Positions 1 through 9,471 are shown, numbered from the stretch's first letter. The stretch is DNA of 64,000 bases from an uncultured Nitrospiraceae bacterium (GCA_963727805.1 CAVSHF010000004.1:1-64000); one strand, 5' to 3'. Notes: generated from the sequence alone by a model not told the origin. Program-made: numbers and translations.

Positions 1-113
1 GCTTGCTATATTTAAGAAGGGTAGTGATGGCCATTTAAAAAGGCTATACTCTTTCTTGATTTGGAGCCAATTGGCGAGTTGGTTAAATCCGAACCAAAGA
101 AAGGAGTATAGCC

Positions 114-1370
114 ATGAATAAGATTAAAACAAAAAAGATTAAAGTAGTCAACGGACAAACCCTGATCGTGAGTGTTGATATGAGCAAAGACAAACATTTT
201 GGGTACTGGCGCTGTCCGGACGGAACCGATGTGAAGCCTTTTGCTTTCTGGAACAACGGCGGTGGTTTTCAAGAGTTCTGGAACCAAGTGTTGCATGCCA
301 AGAATCTCTATAATCTTGATAACATTGTGTTTGGATACGAATCTACTGGTTCGTTCGCAGAGCCTTTGGTGCATTTCATGCGCGCAAGAGGAGTTCATAT
401 GGTACAGGTTAACCCTATGCACACTAAGAGGGTGAAGGATTTGCAGGGCAATTCGCCGAATAAGACCGATCAGAAAGACCCGAAGGTCATTGCCGATATC
501 ATGGCTCTCGGCCACGCCCTGACAGTTGTGATACCGGAAGGTCCGGCTGCAGAGCTTCGGAGGCTCACACAGGCCAGGGAGAGGAGCAATGAGCGTTTTG
601 TGGCTTCAGTGAATCAACTCCACAGTCTGGTTGCGATCGTCTTCCCGGAATTCTTGCATGTCATGAAGGATATGAAAATATTAAGCTCCCGATATCTACT
701 TAAGCAGTGTCCGGCACCAAAGGATATTGTCGAGTATGGTCTTGATAATTTGACCAACACACTCAGAAAGATAAGCCGTGGAAAACTCAAGGAAGACCGT
801 GCTAAGGCCCTCTTTGAGGCTGCCCAAACATCTGTGGGCGTGACTGAAGGCATGGCAAGCATTATCCGTGAGATGCGAGAGCTTCTTGTTATCATGGATG
901 CAGCTGAGTCCTTTACCGAGAGTCTGGAAAAAGAGATGGCCTATTACCTGAAACAGATCCCATACAGTGATTCGATCCTGTCGATCAAGGGTATCAAGGA
1001 GGTCACAGCTGCCGGTCTTATTGGTGAGGTTGGTGATTTTCGTAAGTTTAGAACCCTCTCAGAGATTCTGAAGCTCGCTGGCCTGGACCTGTATGAGATC
1101 AGTTCGGGTAAACATCAGGGAAAACGGCGCATATCCAAGCGAGGCCGCCCACTTCTGCGTAAACTCTTGTTCTTTGCCGCACTCAATGCAGTTCGCCGAG
1201 GAGGAATAATGCATCATCCATATCAACAGTACCTCCAGCGTGGAATGCCCAAGATCAAAGCTTTGATCGCCGTTGCAAGGAAACTTCTTGGAATCATATT
1301 CGCCATCGTGCGTGATCAAAGCGTGTACAGAAAAGACTTCTCAATAACATTGTTACAGGAGGCCGCATAA
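114..1370 (+). CDS. IS110 family transposase/recombinase
   Basis: N-terminal DEDD RuvC-like motifs (VSVDMSK, YESTG, KTDQKD) and C-terminal motifs (SIKGI, AGLD, SSGK, ISKRGRPLLR, AVARKL). SD AAGGAG upstream. Confidence 0.95.
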   Translation: MNKIKTKKIKVVNGQTLIVSVDMSKDKHFGYWRCPDGTDVKPFAFWNNGGGFQEFWNQVLHAKNLYNLDNIVFGYESTGSFAEPLVHFMRARGVHMVQVNPMHTKRVKDLQGNSPNKTDQKDPKVIADIMALGHALTVVIPEGPAAELRRLTQARERSNERFVASVNQLHSLVAIVFPEFLHVMKDMKILSSRYLLKQCPAPKDIVEYGLDNLTNTLRKISRGKLKEDRAKALFEAAQTSVGVTEGMASIIREMRELLVIMDAAESFTESLEKEMAYYLKQIPYSDSILSIKGIKEVTAAGLIGEVGDFRKFRTLSEILKLAGLDLYEISSGKHQGKRRISKRGRPLLRKLLFFAALNAVRRGGIMHHPYQQYLQRGMPKIKALIAVARKLLGIIFAIVRDQSVYRKDFSITLLQEAA

Positions 1371-1390
1371 GTCATACTTTGGCGCATAGG

Positions 1391-1540
1391 GCGGGGAGAT
1401 TATCATCACAGACCCAAAGGCGGCTGAGCCGACCCTCATTCGTAGCATGCATAACTCCCCGCTTGCATCTTAGTCTCAATGAAGCAAGGTTAGGGCTCTG
1501 TAGAGACCCTCAAATCACCAGTGTTGGGCAAGGTGCTACA
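1391..1540 (+). ncRNA. Putative bridge/seek RNA of IS110 #1
   Basis: Two parallel stem-internal-loop-stem modules. The loops carry sequences matching the right flank (TCACAGAC) and the donor junction (AGCAAG, ACCAG). Confidence 0.7.
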
Positions 1541-1626
1541 TCAATTAAGCATAAGGAACATATAATGCGATATCCAATAAGTTCCCATAGAAGGGGAAGG
1601 TAAAGTACTTGACAATAATAAACCAG

Positions 1627-2890
1627 TCTGTGAGTGGACAGTCAGCATCTTTTGAGCCGCTGTAGTAATCAAAATGCGATACCCACGGTACACGTCAGTT
1701 TGAAGATATGCTCCCATGCTTTATCATCACACTCTACTGAACAACAGCCGATACATATTCTTGCTGGTTCTTTAAGACGTACCGAATCCTGTTTAACAGT
1801 TTCCTGGCAATTCGGACGATTGCATTGGTCTTCGGCATCTTCTTGCACAGTGTATGAAAAGTCATCAGCAGAGCTGGGTCTTTGCGTACCGCCACCCAGG
1901 AGCTCTCAATCAATATGCCACGAAGCTGAGCATTCCGTCTGTTGGTTATGCCGGTTTTCCGTTCCGTTTCCCCACTAGAATCCGTATCAGGAATAAGTCC
2001 GACGTAACTGCAAAGTTTGTCGAAATTCTTGAAACGACTGAGTTCATACAGTTCCGTAAGTAGTATCATGGCGGTCAGAGTACTAATCCCCGGCACGGTC
2101 TTCAGCAGGCGGACATTCTGCCGGTACTCATCCGAGTTGGCAAGGTTACGGATGCCACGGGTAATATCAGCAATTAGCTTCCGCATGTTATTGAGTTCCT
2201 CCAAATGAACTTTCAATGCAAAATTGCCGCTGGCCCGTTCCATCCTTATATCTTCAATCCACGTAATGAAGCGCTTGGACCAGTTACCGTTTGCCAGTTC
2301 TTCCGGTATTTGGATTCCGTAGAAATGCAATATAGACTTGATCTGGTTCTTACAGCGCGTCTGTTTCTTGACCATACTTTGTCGAGTTCTGATAAGGCTA
2401 CGGTCTTCCACCTTGGGACGGGAAGGAACATATATGCCCTCGATCTCTCCGCTTCGGAGACTTCTTGCCAGCTTGCGGCAGTCCACTCGGTCGGTTTTCT
2501 TTGTTCGCTCCTTGTCCTTTGTAGGCACATCGGCCGGATTGACTACAAGACACTGTACCCCATGTTCTTGCAGTCGATCGTGAATCCAGAAACCACAGTA
2601 GCCGGCTTCATAGACCGATTTGTATGACGCACCAGGAAAATTGCGTTTGAGATAATTCACCAATGTGTCCACCTCAGGGGGCTGCGTAAAGGTCTTATGT
2701 TCAAACGCATCCGTAAAAATACTAACGCTCCAACTCTTCTTGTGAACATCCATGCCGACATAAATCTGTTGACCCTTAAAATTAAGTTTGCTAATCTTAT
2801 TCATGACAAGTCCTCCTTCTTTCGGTTTGTTGATTCTCTCCAGATACAACATATCCGATCGGGGGACTTGTCTTCTACTTTTTAATCATA
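1627..2890 (-). mobile_element. IS110-family element #2, 3' non-coding region truncated by element #1
   Basis: TATGAT -10 box at its left end (2890-2885). Only about 107 nt of 3' non-coding sequence remain before element #1, with no terminal -35. Confidence 0.65.
1734..2804 (-). CDS. IS110 family transposase
   Basis: YVGMDVHK, YEAG, KTDRVD, TVPGIS, YVGLIP..SSGE, IARKL motifs. ATG at 2804 follows an AGGAGG SD. Confidence 0.95.
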   Translation of the reverse strand: MNKISKLNFKGQQIYVGMDVHKKSWSVSIFTDAFEHKTFTQPPEVDTLVNYLKRNFPGASYKSVYEAGYCGFWIHDRLQEHGVQCLVVNPADVPTKDKERTKKTDRVDCRKLARSLRSGEIEGIYVPSRPKVEDRSLIRTRQSMVKKQTRCKNQIKSILHFYGIQIPEELANGNWSKRFITWIEDIRMERASGNFALKVHLEELNNMRKLIADITRGIRNLANSDEYRQNVRLLKTVPGISTLTAMILLTELYELSRFKNFDKLCSYVGLIPDTDSSGETERKTGITNRRNAQLRGILIESSWVAVRKDPALLMTFHTLCKKMPKTNAIVRIARKLLNRIRYVLKNQQEYVSAVVQ

Positions 2891-3234
2891 GGGTCTGTGA
2901 GAACATGCTGGCCGTATATAGAGAAAATTCTATTAAGCAAAATGTTTGTTACGTGCAGCTAAGCTCTAGTTTGCTTGATCAACTTTTCTCTATAAACTGC
3001 CCGCATGTTCTCTTAGTAATTATTTCGAAAAGGTATCCTGAATACACTGAAGTATATAAGTGGTAATCATCGGGGTTCGCTCAAAATTCGACAAGAAGAC
3101 CGCAATTACAAGCCGTCAGCCAAATGAGGATTACTCGGTAAATTATCCATACGTGCATGTCTGATGATCTGCATTATGGCAAACTGCCTCCATTCATGAT
3201 ATTATTGAGTTAAACAATTCATTATGAGGTAGCT

Positions 3235-3831
3235 GTGCCGGACAATGTTGCGTTTACAAATGAGGATCTAAGAGAAGCGTTGAAAGAGATCGGGGCTTAT
3301 ATCGACGTGACGGAAGATGATCTGAAGCAGATCTATGCCCTTGCTGTTAAACATGCTGGGCAGCGACTAGCAGATGCTGTTTCAGTCGCAGAGGCCATGA
3401 CTCGAAACGTTGTTGCCGTTCGGACAGATGATAAGACCGCATCAGTCGTACGACTTCTCTCTGAGAACAGGATCAGCGGGTTGCCTGTGATCGATAATGA
3501 TGGGTTGGTTATCGGTGTCGTTTCGGAGGCAGACATACTAGGCGCGGCAGTCATGGAGAACAAAGTTACCCTCAAATATATCATCCGACGTCTTATGGGT
3601 GAGCCCAATGCCAGACAAAGAAAAGGGGATACGGTCGGGGATATTATGTCTTCGCCGGCCATTACCATCCGTGAGGAGTCAGATATTAAAGAGGCCGCCA
3701 AAATATTGTCTAAACGGAGGATCAAGCGACTCCCTGTTGTCGACAATGACGGCAGACTGATCGGCATAATCTCACGGGCAAACATCTTAACTGCCGCTCA
3801 GCAGAGATGGAAGCATTTTTCGTGCAGATGA
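3235..3831 (+). CDS. CBS-domain (Bateman pair) protein, HPP-associated type
   Basis: Two CBS repeats (ISGLPVID..VIGVVSEADI; IKRLPVVD..LIGIISRA) and an N-terminal YIDVTEDDL segment. Confidence 0.9.
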   Translation: MPDNVAFTNEDLREALKEIGAYIDVTEDDLKQIYALAVKHAGQRLADAVSVAEAMTRNVVAVRTDDKTASVVRLLSENRISGLPVIDNDGLVIGVVSEADILGAAVMENKVTLKYIIRRLMGEPNARQRKGDTVGDIMSSPAITIREESDIKEAAKILSKRRIKRLPVVDNDGRLIGIISRANILTAAQQRWKHFSCR

Positions 3832-3890
3832 AAAATGGTTCTCAAATCCCTCCATTCATATCGATGCCGGGAATCTGCTTTCCGTTCTAA
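3807..3890 (+). pseudogene. Possible N-terminal remnant of an HPP-family membrane protein gene
   Basis: MEAFFVQMKNGSQIPPFIS.. resembles the K-M-K-G..S-P-P N-terminus of HPP proteins that normally follow this CBS type. Stops after 27 codons. Confidence 0.35.
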
Positions 3891-3968
3891 GAGGTTCTTA
3901 TTCAGAGAATCGCTTCGTTTTATTTCTTTTAGGTTCGAGACGTTGCGTTACTATATTTGAACTGCCAT

Positions 3969-5195
3969 TCATTTGGGACATATGAGTCCGGGATCCAGGT
4001 ATATTATATCGGAAGTATTGTTCTTCTTATTAGCCTCTTCGATAAGATGCAAAGGGTCAACGACCGCCCTGAAAGGATGCGGAACCGCTTTAGTCATATG
4101 GGCCGGATCTTCACTGAAATAATACACGGGAATCAAGACCGTCTGCGTTCCACCCGGCGGTAACGAGTTTAATGTGGCCCCGTTCCCCCACCCGTTGCCG
4201 TGCATGTCCATAACCTGTACAAGTGTCTTGTTTGGCAAAGATGGCGATGGAGCGGTGCCGATATTTCTTACCGTCACCTCAAATATATAAATGGGCTGAT
4301 TGGGCTCGCATTTTTCACCCACCTTGAAACTGATGCGGTCAATGATGAGGTCTGGTTTGTCCACCGCTGTAGTGATTTTAATCGGCCTGCATGCGCAATC
4401 GTTAGTTTTGTTAATCTCTTTTATCTGGTCACCCGTGTTCACCATAGCGCACATATAATAATCCCCTATCGGAGTGTCTGCAGCAATAGTGTTGGTCCTG
4501 TTTAGTTTGATATCCAGTTGTTGCCCCGCCTTTAGAAACACCCGATCATGTCCCCCTTCGAGCAGTATCCCGTCCGAAGAATGAGTCGAGTCAACAGCGT
4601 TGGGGGTGGAAACCGAACAGGAATTGTCTTTCTTGAGAAGGATATCTATCGTAATATTCTTTAAGTCAAACTGACTCTGATTAGCAACATTAACTTTGAT
4701 AGAGGAGCCGAGTTCGTGACCAGGCCGAGCAGTACTTGGGCTACGCTGAATTTTTACTTTCAAACCAGGTGTTGTTTGATCGCAAGTCAGATGAAACTTA
4801 GCCGCATTTGATTCGACTTTCTCAGGATATACAATTCTTATCGCCTGCCATCCCTCGAACAAAGGGGTACTTGCATCGGCTGCCATCCAAGATCCACTGA
4901 CTTCCTTGGCCCCAGGCGTACTGAATTCAAGGGTCTCAACAGGCAACAACGTACCATCATTTCTGATGAACTTATATTGTACTTTCCCTCGCTTTTCTGA
5001 GATAATTGTCCCTCTGAAGATGATCTCGGCGGGACATATTCCCGAATATGCACTTGGCTGTGCACTCAAAGTAGCGGAAATCTGGGCATGAGCAACACGT
5101 GCTAATATTAGACAATACAAACATATCATCGCGAACATCCACAACATCTTCCTCATAGGAAAGAAACACCTCCCAAGACTATTAATGATTCTCAC
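3969..5195 (-). CDS. Secreted protein with CARDB/Ig-like domains
   Basis: Signal peptide (..VAHA-Q) and CARDB-like motifs PDLII, VTVRNIG, VVDP..IEEANKKNN. Confidence 0.75.
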   Translation of the reverse strand: MRIINSLGRCFFPMRKMLWMFAMICLYCLILARVAHAQISATLSAQPSAYSGICPAEIIFRGTIISEKRGKVQYKFIRNDGTLLPVETLEFSTPGAKEVSGSWMAADASTPLFEGWQAIRIVYPEKVESNAAKFHLTCDQTTPGLKVKIQRSPSTARPGHELGSSIKVNVANQSQFDLKNITIDILLKKDNSCSVSTPNAVDSTHSSDGILLEGGHDRVFLKAGQQLDIKLNRTNTIAADTPIGDYYMCAMVNTGDQIKEINKTNDCACRPIKITTAVDKPDLIIDRISFKVGEKCEPNQPIYIFEVTVRNIGTAPSPSLPNKTLVQVMDMHGNGWGNGATLNSLPPGGTQTVLIPVYYFSEDPAHMTKAVPHPFRAVVDPLHLIEEANKKNNTSDIIYLDPGLICPK

Positions 5196-5314
5196 ACTTT
5201 TATATAAGTCATTGTCACATATCTGCTACTCATCTATTGCCCATTACTACTGCTTTCCCTATAACCTTCTGCATTGCATCCTAGTTTTCAATCAGCGTAT
5301 TGAAGCATTCCGGT

Positions 5315-6396
5315 CTATAGAGGACTGAGCTTGATCAGGGATTTAAAAGTTAGCCCCTGCACCAGGACAGAAAAAACTACTACCCCATAAGTCATAGCTA
5401 TAATGACATCCTTTTCATGCCCACTCGGCAATGATAGGGCAAGCGCTACTGCGATCCCTCCTCGCAAACCACCCCAGGTCATTATTAGCAGAGTGCTCGG
5501 ACTGAATTTATTCCTGAATGCCAATAAACGCATTGGAGTACCAATTGATACAAACCGGGACAACAGAACGATAACAATTGCCGCCACAGCCGCCAAGACA
5601 TCAGTTAGAGATAATTGAAGCACAAGGAGTTCAAGTCCTATAAGAACAAAGAGTATCGAATTCAATATCTCATCGATAAGTTCCCAGAACATATCAAGAT
5701 GATGACGGGTTTTTTCGGACATCGCGAATTCTCGGCCGTGGTTACCTATTAATAATCCAGCAACGACCATGGCAATAGGTCCCGATGTGTTGATCACCGA
5801 TGCTAATGCATACCCGCCGGGTGATCACCGGTTGCCATTTCCAATATAACAGCAAATAAGACAACACCTAATCCGTCATTGAACAGTGATTCCCCGGCTA
5901 TCTGCACCTCGAGACTTTTGGCGGCGGCAGCTTTTCTGAGCATCCCGATAACAGCGATAGGGTCAGTGGGCGATATAAGAGCACCGAACAGCAGACAGTG
6001 GATCAGTCTTATCTTGATTCCTAACCAGAGAAGAATGCAATAAGTTAGAGAACCTACAAGCGCTGTTGATATAAAAACTCCCACAATAGCATAAATGATA
6101 ACTTCCCATTTTTGCCTTAACAACTCCCCGATGTCTACCTGTAAGGCCCCAGCAAATAATAAAAAACTCAGCATCCCAACCATTAATGTCTTATTGAAGT
6201 CAATGCTGTGGACTATAGGCATCCAGTACTTTTCAACATCCAGGCCGAGTTGCCCCAGGATAACAAGGAATAGCGACATCAGTATCGAGATAAACATTAG
6301 CCCTATTATTGTAGGAAGCTTAATGAACCGATAATTCACGTATCCGAACAAAGCCGAAAGAGTTATTAAAAGAGCTATGATATTAAATAGTTCCAT
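5315..6396 (-). pseudogene. nhaP: CPA1 Na+/H+ antiporter (NhaP-like), internally deleted and frameshifted
   Basis: N-half has PTDPIAV and GESLFNDG. C-half has SGPIAMVVAGL and WGGLRGG in another frame. The helices between EMATG and GGYALA are missing at about 5800-5830. Confidence 0.85.
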
Positions 6397-6481
6397 CGTT
6401 TCGTCCTTTATCCCTCATATATATTTATTAAAGCGGGCCCATTTTATTAATTGTTATAAGGAATACCCTGTCTGGCGCTCA

Positions 6482-7837
6482 TTACTTCAGTCCGTCCAGT
6501 TTCGATTTGATTCTTTGGACAAAACGCGCAATTATACCTGTAACGCTCTTTTTTCTCGGCTTGAATGTCGCTTCTATCATATCCATTTCCTGACCGACTT
6601 CCGCTTGAATGGACGTAGATTTAACAACGGCGAGAACCTGAGATGGATAGACGCTCCTGTGTCCGGTCATAAGAAAGCTTATAATCCCCGCCACGGCAGC
6701 GTAAGGAGCAATAGCTGGCCCGAACATCTCGACCGACATGATGCTTGCAGCTATGGGTGTGTTTGCAGCACCGGCAAGAAGACTTGTCAGTCCGATGGCT
6801 GCAAAAGTGGAGACATCCAATCCTATAATGTTGGCGAATGATGCCCCCGAAGATGCCCCCACAAAAAATATTGGTGTGACAATTCCCCCACTTCCGCCAA
6901 AATTAAGAGTAAGGCTGGTAAAGACCATCTTCATAAAAAATGAGTACCAAGGAATTGTCCCCCCCTCAAGGCTATTCTCAATCGTATCAAGACCAAGTCC
7001 CAGATAGCGGGTAGAAAATATCAAGGTTAATGCCGATAGCGCGGCCCCACCAACTAGGCCCTTCAGTGGTGACCAAATCTTCAGCTTGCCTGAATATGTT
7101 TTCCCAAGTCTGAGCACCTCTATAAGCAAAAAGGAGCACAATCCAAAGAAAATCCCCGATATGAGGACCTTGAGAAAGAAAGCTTCACTAAAAACCGGGG
7201 TGAAATTTAATTGATGGTGGAAATACTTCACTCCCAATGCCGATGAAACCTCATAGGCAGTTATCCCTGCTATGAACGATGGCAATAGCACCTCATAGAG
7301 GATGCTCCCGACAAAAAGGACTTCAATTCCGAAGATTGCACCCGCAATTGGAGTGCCGAAAACTGAAGCGAACCCTGCACTGATACCGCAGATTACCAGT
7401 TTTTTGCGATCACGGTTGCCAAGCCTCAATATATCGGAAAAAACTGAAGCAAGTCCCGCTCCAATTTGGGCGCAGGGTCCTTCCTTTCCCGCAGAGCCGC
7501 CGACTGCCAGGGTTATTACCGTAGCAACAAGCTTTACAGGCACTGTAACAGCATTTATTTTTCCAAATCTCTTATGAACAGCCTCGATGACCTTTTCCGT
7601 TCCATGCCCTTCAGCATCCGGAGCAAGATATTTAATAAGAAGGGCACTTAGAAAGAAGGCAAGCGGCAACAATACAAAATAATATTGATATTGTCTGACA
7701 AGAACGGTACTACTGTTTAAAACCGACAGGAAAAAGGCAGTTGATGCACCTACGATTGCTCCCACAGCGGTAGCCAAAATGAACCATTTCAGGACACTGA
7801 TGAACATGATCGATTCTTCTTTGAGCTTCTCTTTCAT
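6482..7837 (-). CDS. CLC-family chloride channel/anion-H+ antiporter
   Basis: GKEGP gating-Glu motif, FGTPIAGAIF and GGIVTP motifs, multiple TM helices. Confidence 0.9.
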   Translation of the reverse strand: MKEKLKEESIMFISVLKWFILATAVGAIVGASTAFFLSVLNSSTVLVRQYQYYFVLLPLAFFLSALLIKYLAPDAEGHGTEKVIEAVHKRFGKINAVTVPVKLVATVITLAVGGSAGKEGPCAQIGAGLASVFSDILRLGNRDRKKLVICGISAGFASVFGTPIAGAIFGIEVLFVGSILYEVLLPSFIAGITAYEVSSALGVKYFHHQLNFTPVFSEAFFLKVLISGIFFGLCSFLLIEVLRLGKTYSGKLKIWSPLKGLVGGAALSALTLIFSTRYLGLGLDTIENSLEGGTIPWYSFFMKMVFTSLTLNFGGSGGIVTPIFFVGASSGASFANIIGLDVSTFAAIGLTSLLAGAANTPIAASIMSVEMFGPAIAPYAAVAGIISFLMTGHRSVYPSQVLAVVKSTSIQAEVGQEMDMIEATFKPRKKSVTGIIARFVQRIKSKLDGLK

Positions 7838-8094
7838 GATTCTCTCTCTGTCGTTTAATCAATTAATCTAAGACGTATAAAGCCAAAAAACTGTAATTAT
7901 TAACTTCTTCCGACCTTCCAAAGCTTTGTAAAATTGACAATATAAAGCATATGCCAAGACGGTTGGCAATCCGGGTAGATAATCCCTGGAAAAATTATTA
8001 ATTATCCCGTAACCCTTATTGCTAACAGAACTGAATGGAACTTACAGGCACGTTTGTATTGCCTTATCTAAATTTGCTTGCATCTTAGTGGTAT

Positions 8095-8535
8095 TTAAAT
8101 GCATGCATCTGTCTTAAAGGTTAATACTCTTAGTCCTTCGGCGGTAGCGGCTCTGCATAATTCAATACTAGCAGATGAAAAATAGAGAGCGATGTCGTCG
8201 CGATTATTTTTTATCAGTTTAGCCGCAGATAAATTAATAGCATCTAACCGTTTCAAACCATATTTCCGAATCAAATGACCCGTCTCAAACTCATCAAAAT
8301 CTACTGTCGTGAAGTTAACCCAATCCTCGGAGAATTTTTTTGTTACAAGTTCGTAATCTTTTCTTGGTATATCATTATTTCTGAATCTAGTTTCAATAGC
8401 GGATATTACTTCAGTGAAAGCCACTCTGCATGTCGCAACAATTTCAGCCTGGTCCACCCATTCCCTCACGACATCCGAATAAATTTCTTCTAAATATAAT
8501 TTTATAAGACTGCTCGCACCAAGATATAAAATCAC
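8095..8535 (-). CDS. vapC: VapC/PIN-domain toxin (two catalytic acidic residues appear substituted)
   Basis: MILYLxxSSLIKLY..E, TEVISA and LDAINL PIN pattern. Overlaps the antitoxin stop by 4 nt. Confidence 0.85.
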   Translation of the reverse strand: MILYLGASSLIKLYLEEIYSDVVREWVDQAEIVATCRVAFTEVISAIETRFRNNDIPRKDYELVTKKFSEDWVNFTTVDFDEFETGHLIRKYGLKRLDAINLSAAKLIKNNRDDIALYFSSASIELCRAATAEGLRVLTFKTDACI

Positions 8536-8792
8536 TCGCGTGCCTCTAGGATTGTTTCAGAAAGCGCTTTTCCCTTCACCTTAATGCCTTTAATACCTTT
8601 TGGTTTATTCCCGGACCATTGTGCTTTGCCTGCTTTGATCAATGAAATAATCAGTTTTCTCTCTTCTGAAATTGGAATAATAATCCCCGCCTCTTGTCCG
8701 TGATCGGTAATGACTATATGTTCTCCATTACGGACCCTGGCAACATAACTACTCAAATTGGTTTTTAATTCTTTAATCCCGACATGATCCAT
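8532..8792 (-). CDS. Phd/YefM-family antitoxin
   Basis: VGIKELKTNLSSYVARVRNGEHIVITDHG is the Phd signature. Confidence 0.9.
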   Translation of the reverse strand: MDHVGIKELKTNLSSYVARVRNGEHIVITDHGQEAGIIIPISEERKLIISLIKAGKAQWSGNKPKGIKGIKVKGKALSETILEARE

Positions 8793-8901
8793 AAGAATCC
8801 CCTTTACAAATAATTCTGGTTACATTATAATTTTATTGTGGTTTCTAGTCAAGATATTTTATGACACAATTATTAGCATTTTTAGAAAATTAAGGAGCTT
8901 T

Positions 8902-9339
8902 ATGATATCCTTTTTTAATAAGAAGCAGATCTTCGGCCTTGCCCTAGTTCTATATTTTTCCATTTATGCGGCATCACCGCTTTTTTATACTGCTGCAAAT
9001 CAAAAGTCACCCGAAGGGCTTCGTACAACAAAAACTGACTCCGCATACGGAACCGACCTGCATATTTTTCTCTATGAGCTCATCTGCTCAACTTTCGTAT
9101 CGAAGAGCAGTAAGGAGCCTTCCAAGCCAATTGCTGCAATTCTTGTCCTAAAGAAAAGAGCAGTTTTATCCGAAGACAAGGCCTCTATCCTAATCCATAT
9201 GGCAGATATGGCAATGCTGGAAGCGCGTTTGATGTTTTCAACTGATCACTCGTTTCCAATATCCATCCGTTTCGTATCTAACGCCTACGAGAATCTCCCG
9301 AGATTATTTTCAGGTCTGTCCCCGCCACGACTCGCTTGA
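8902..9339 (+). CDS. Hypothetical protein with N-terminal membrane/signal segment and C-terminal SGLSPP motif
   Basis: ATG 8902 after AAGGAG. Hydrophobic N-terminus. Ends FSGLSPPRLA, upstream of pal. Confidence 0.6.
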   Translation: MISFFNKKQIFGLALVLYFSIYAASPLFYTAANQKSPEGLRTTKTDSAYGTDLHIFLYELICSTFVSKSSKEPSKPIAAILVLKKRAVLSEDKASILIHMADMAMLEARLMFSTDHSFPISIRFVSNAYENLPRLFSGLSPPRLA

Positions 9340-9471
9340 GCAGCAAAATTCACAAACTGTAACGCATCTCTTTTTAAGAGATCCATATGTCATTTAGGAA
9401 CAATCCGGCAATTGTCATGGATATTATTCACGTCGATTGCCGGAAGTCCATGTGTCTTTTTAGGAGGTACA

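Larger units (their letters stand above)
1..1626 (+). mobile_element. IS110-family element #1 (IS1111-like layout: short left end, long right non-coding region)
   Basis: Contains an IS110 transposase. TTGACA at 1609-1614 near the right end and TATATT at 7-12 near the left end are 17 bp apart if the ends are joined through a shared G (1/1626). The left flank is outside the window. Confidence 0.8.

Noticed and set aside
3060..3180. Possible fluoride riboswitch near the CBS/CLC/NhaP genes (ATGAGG..CTGATGA)
   Set aside because: The GGxGAUG..CC first stem and pseudoknot complement are missing. Nothing similar lies upstream of the CLC gene.
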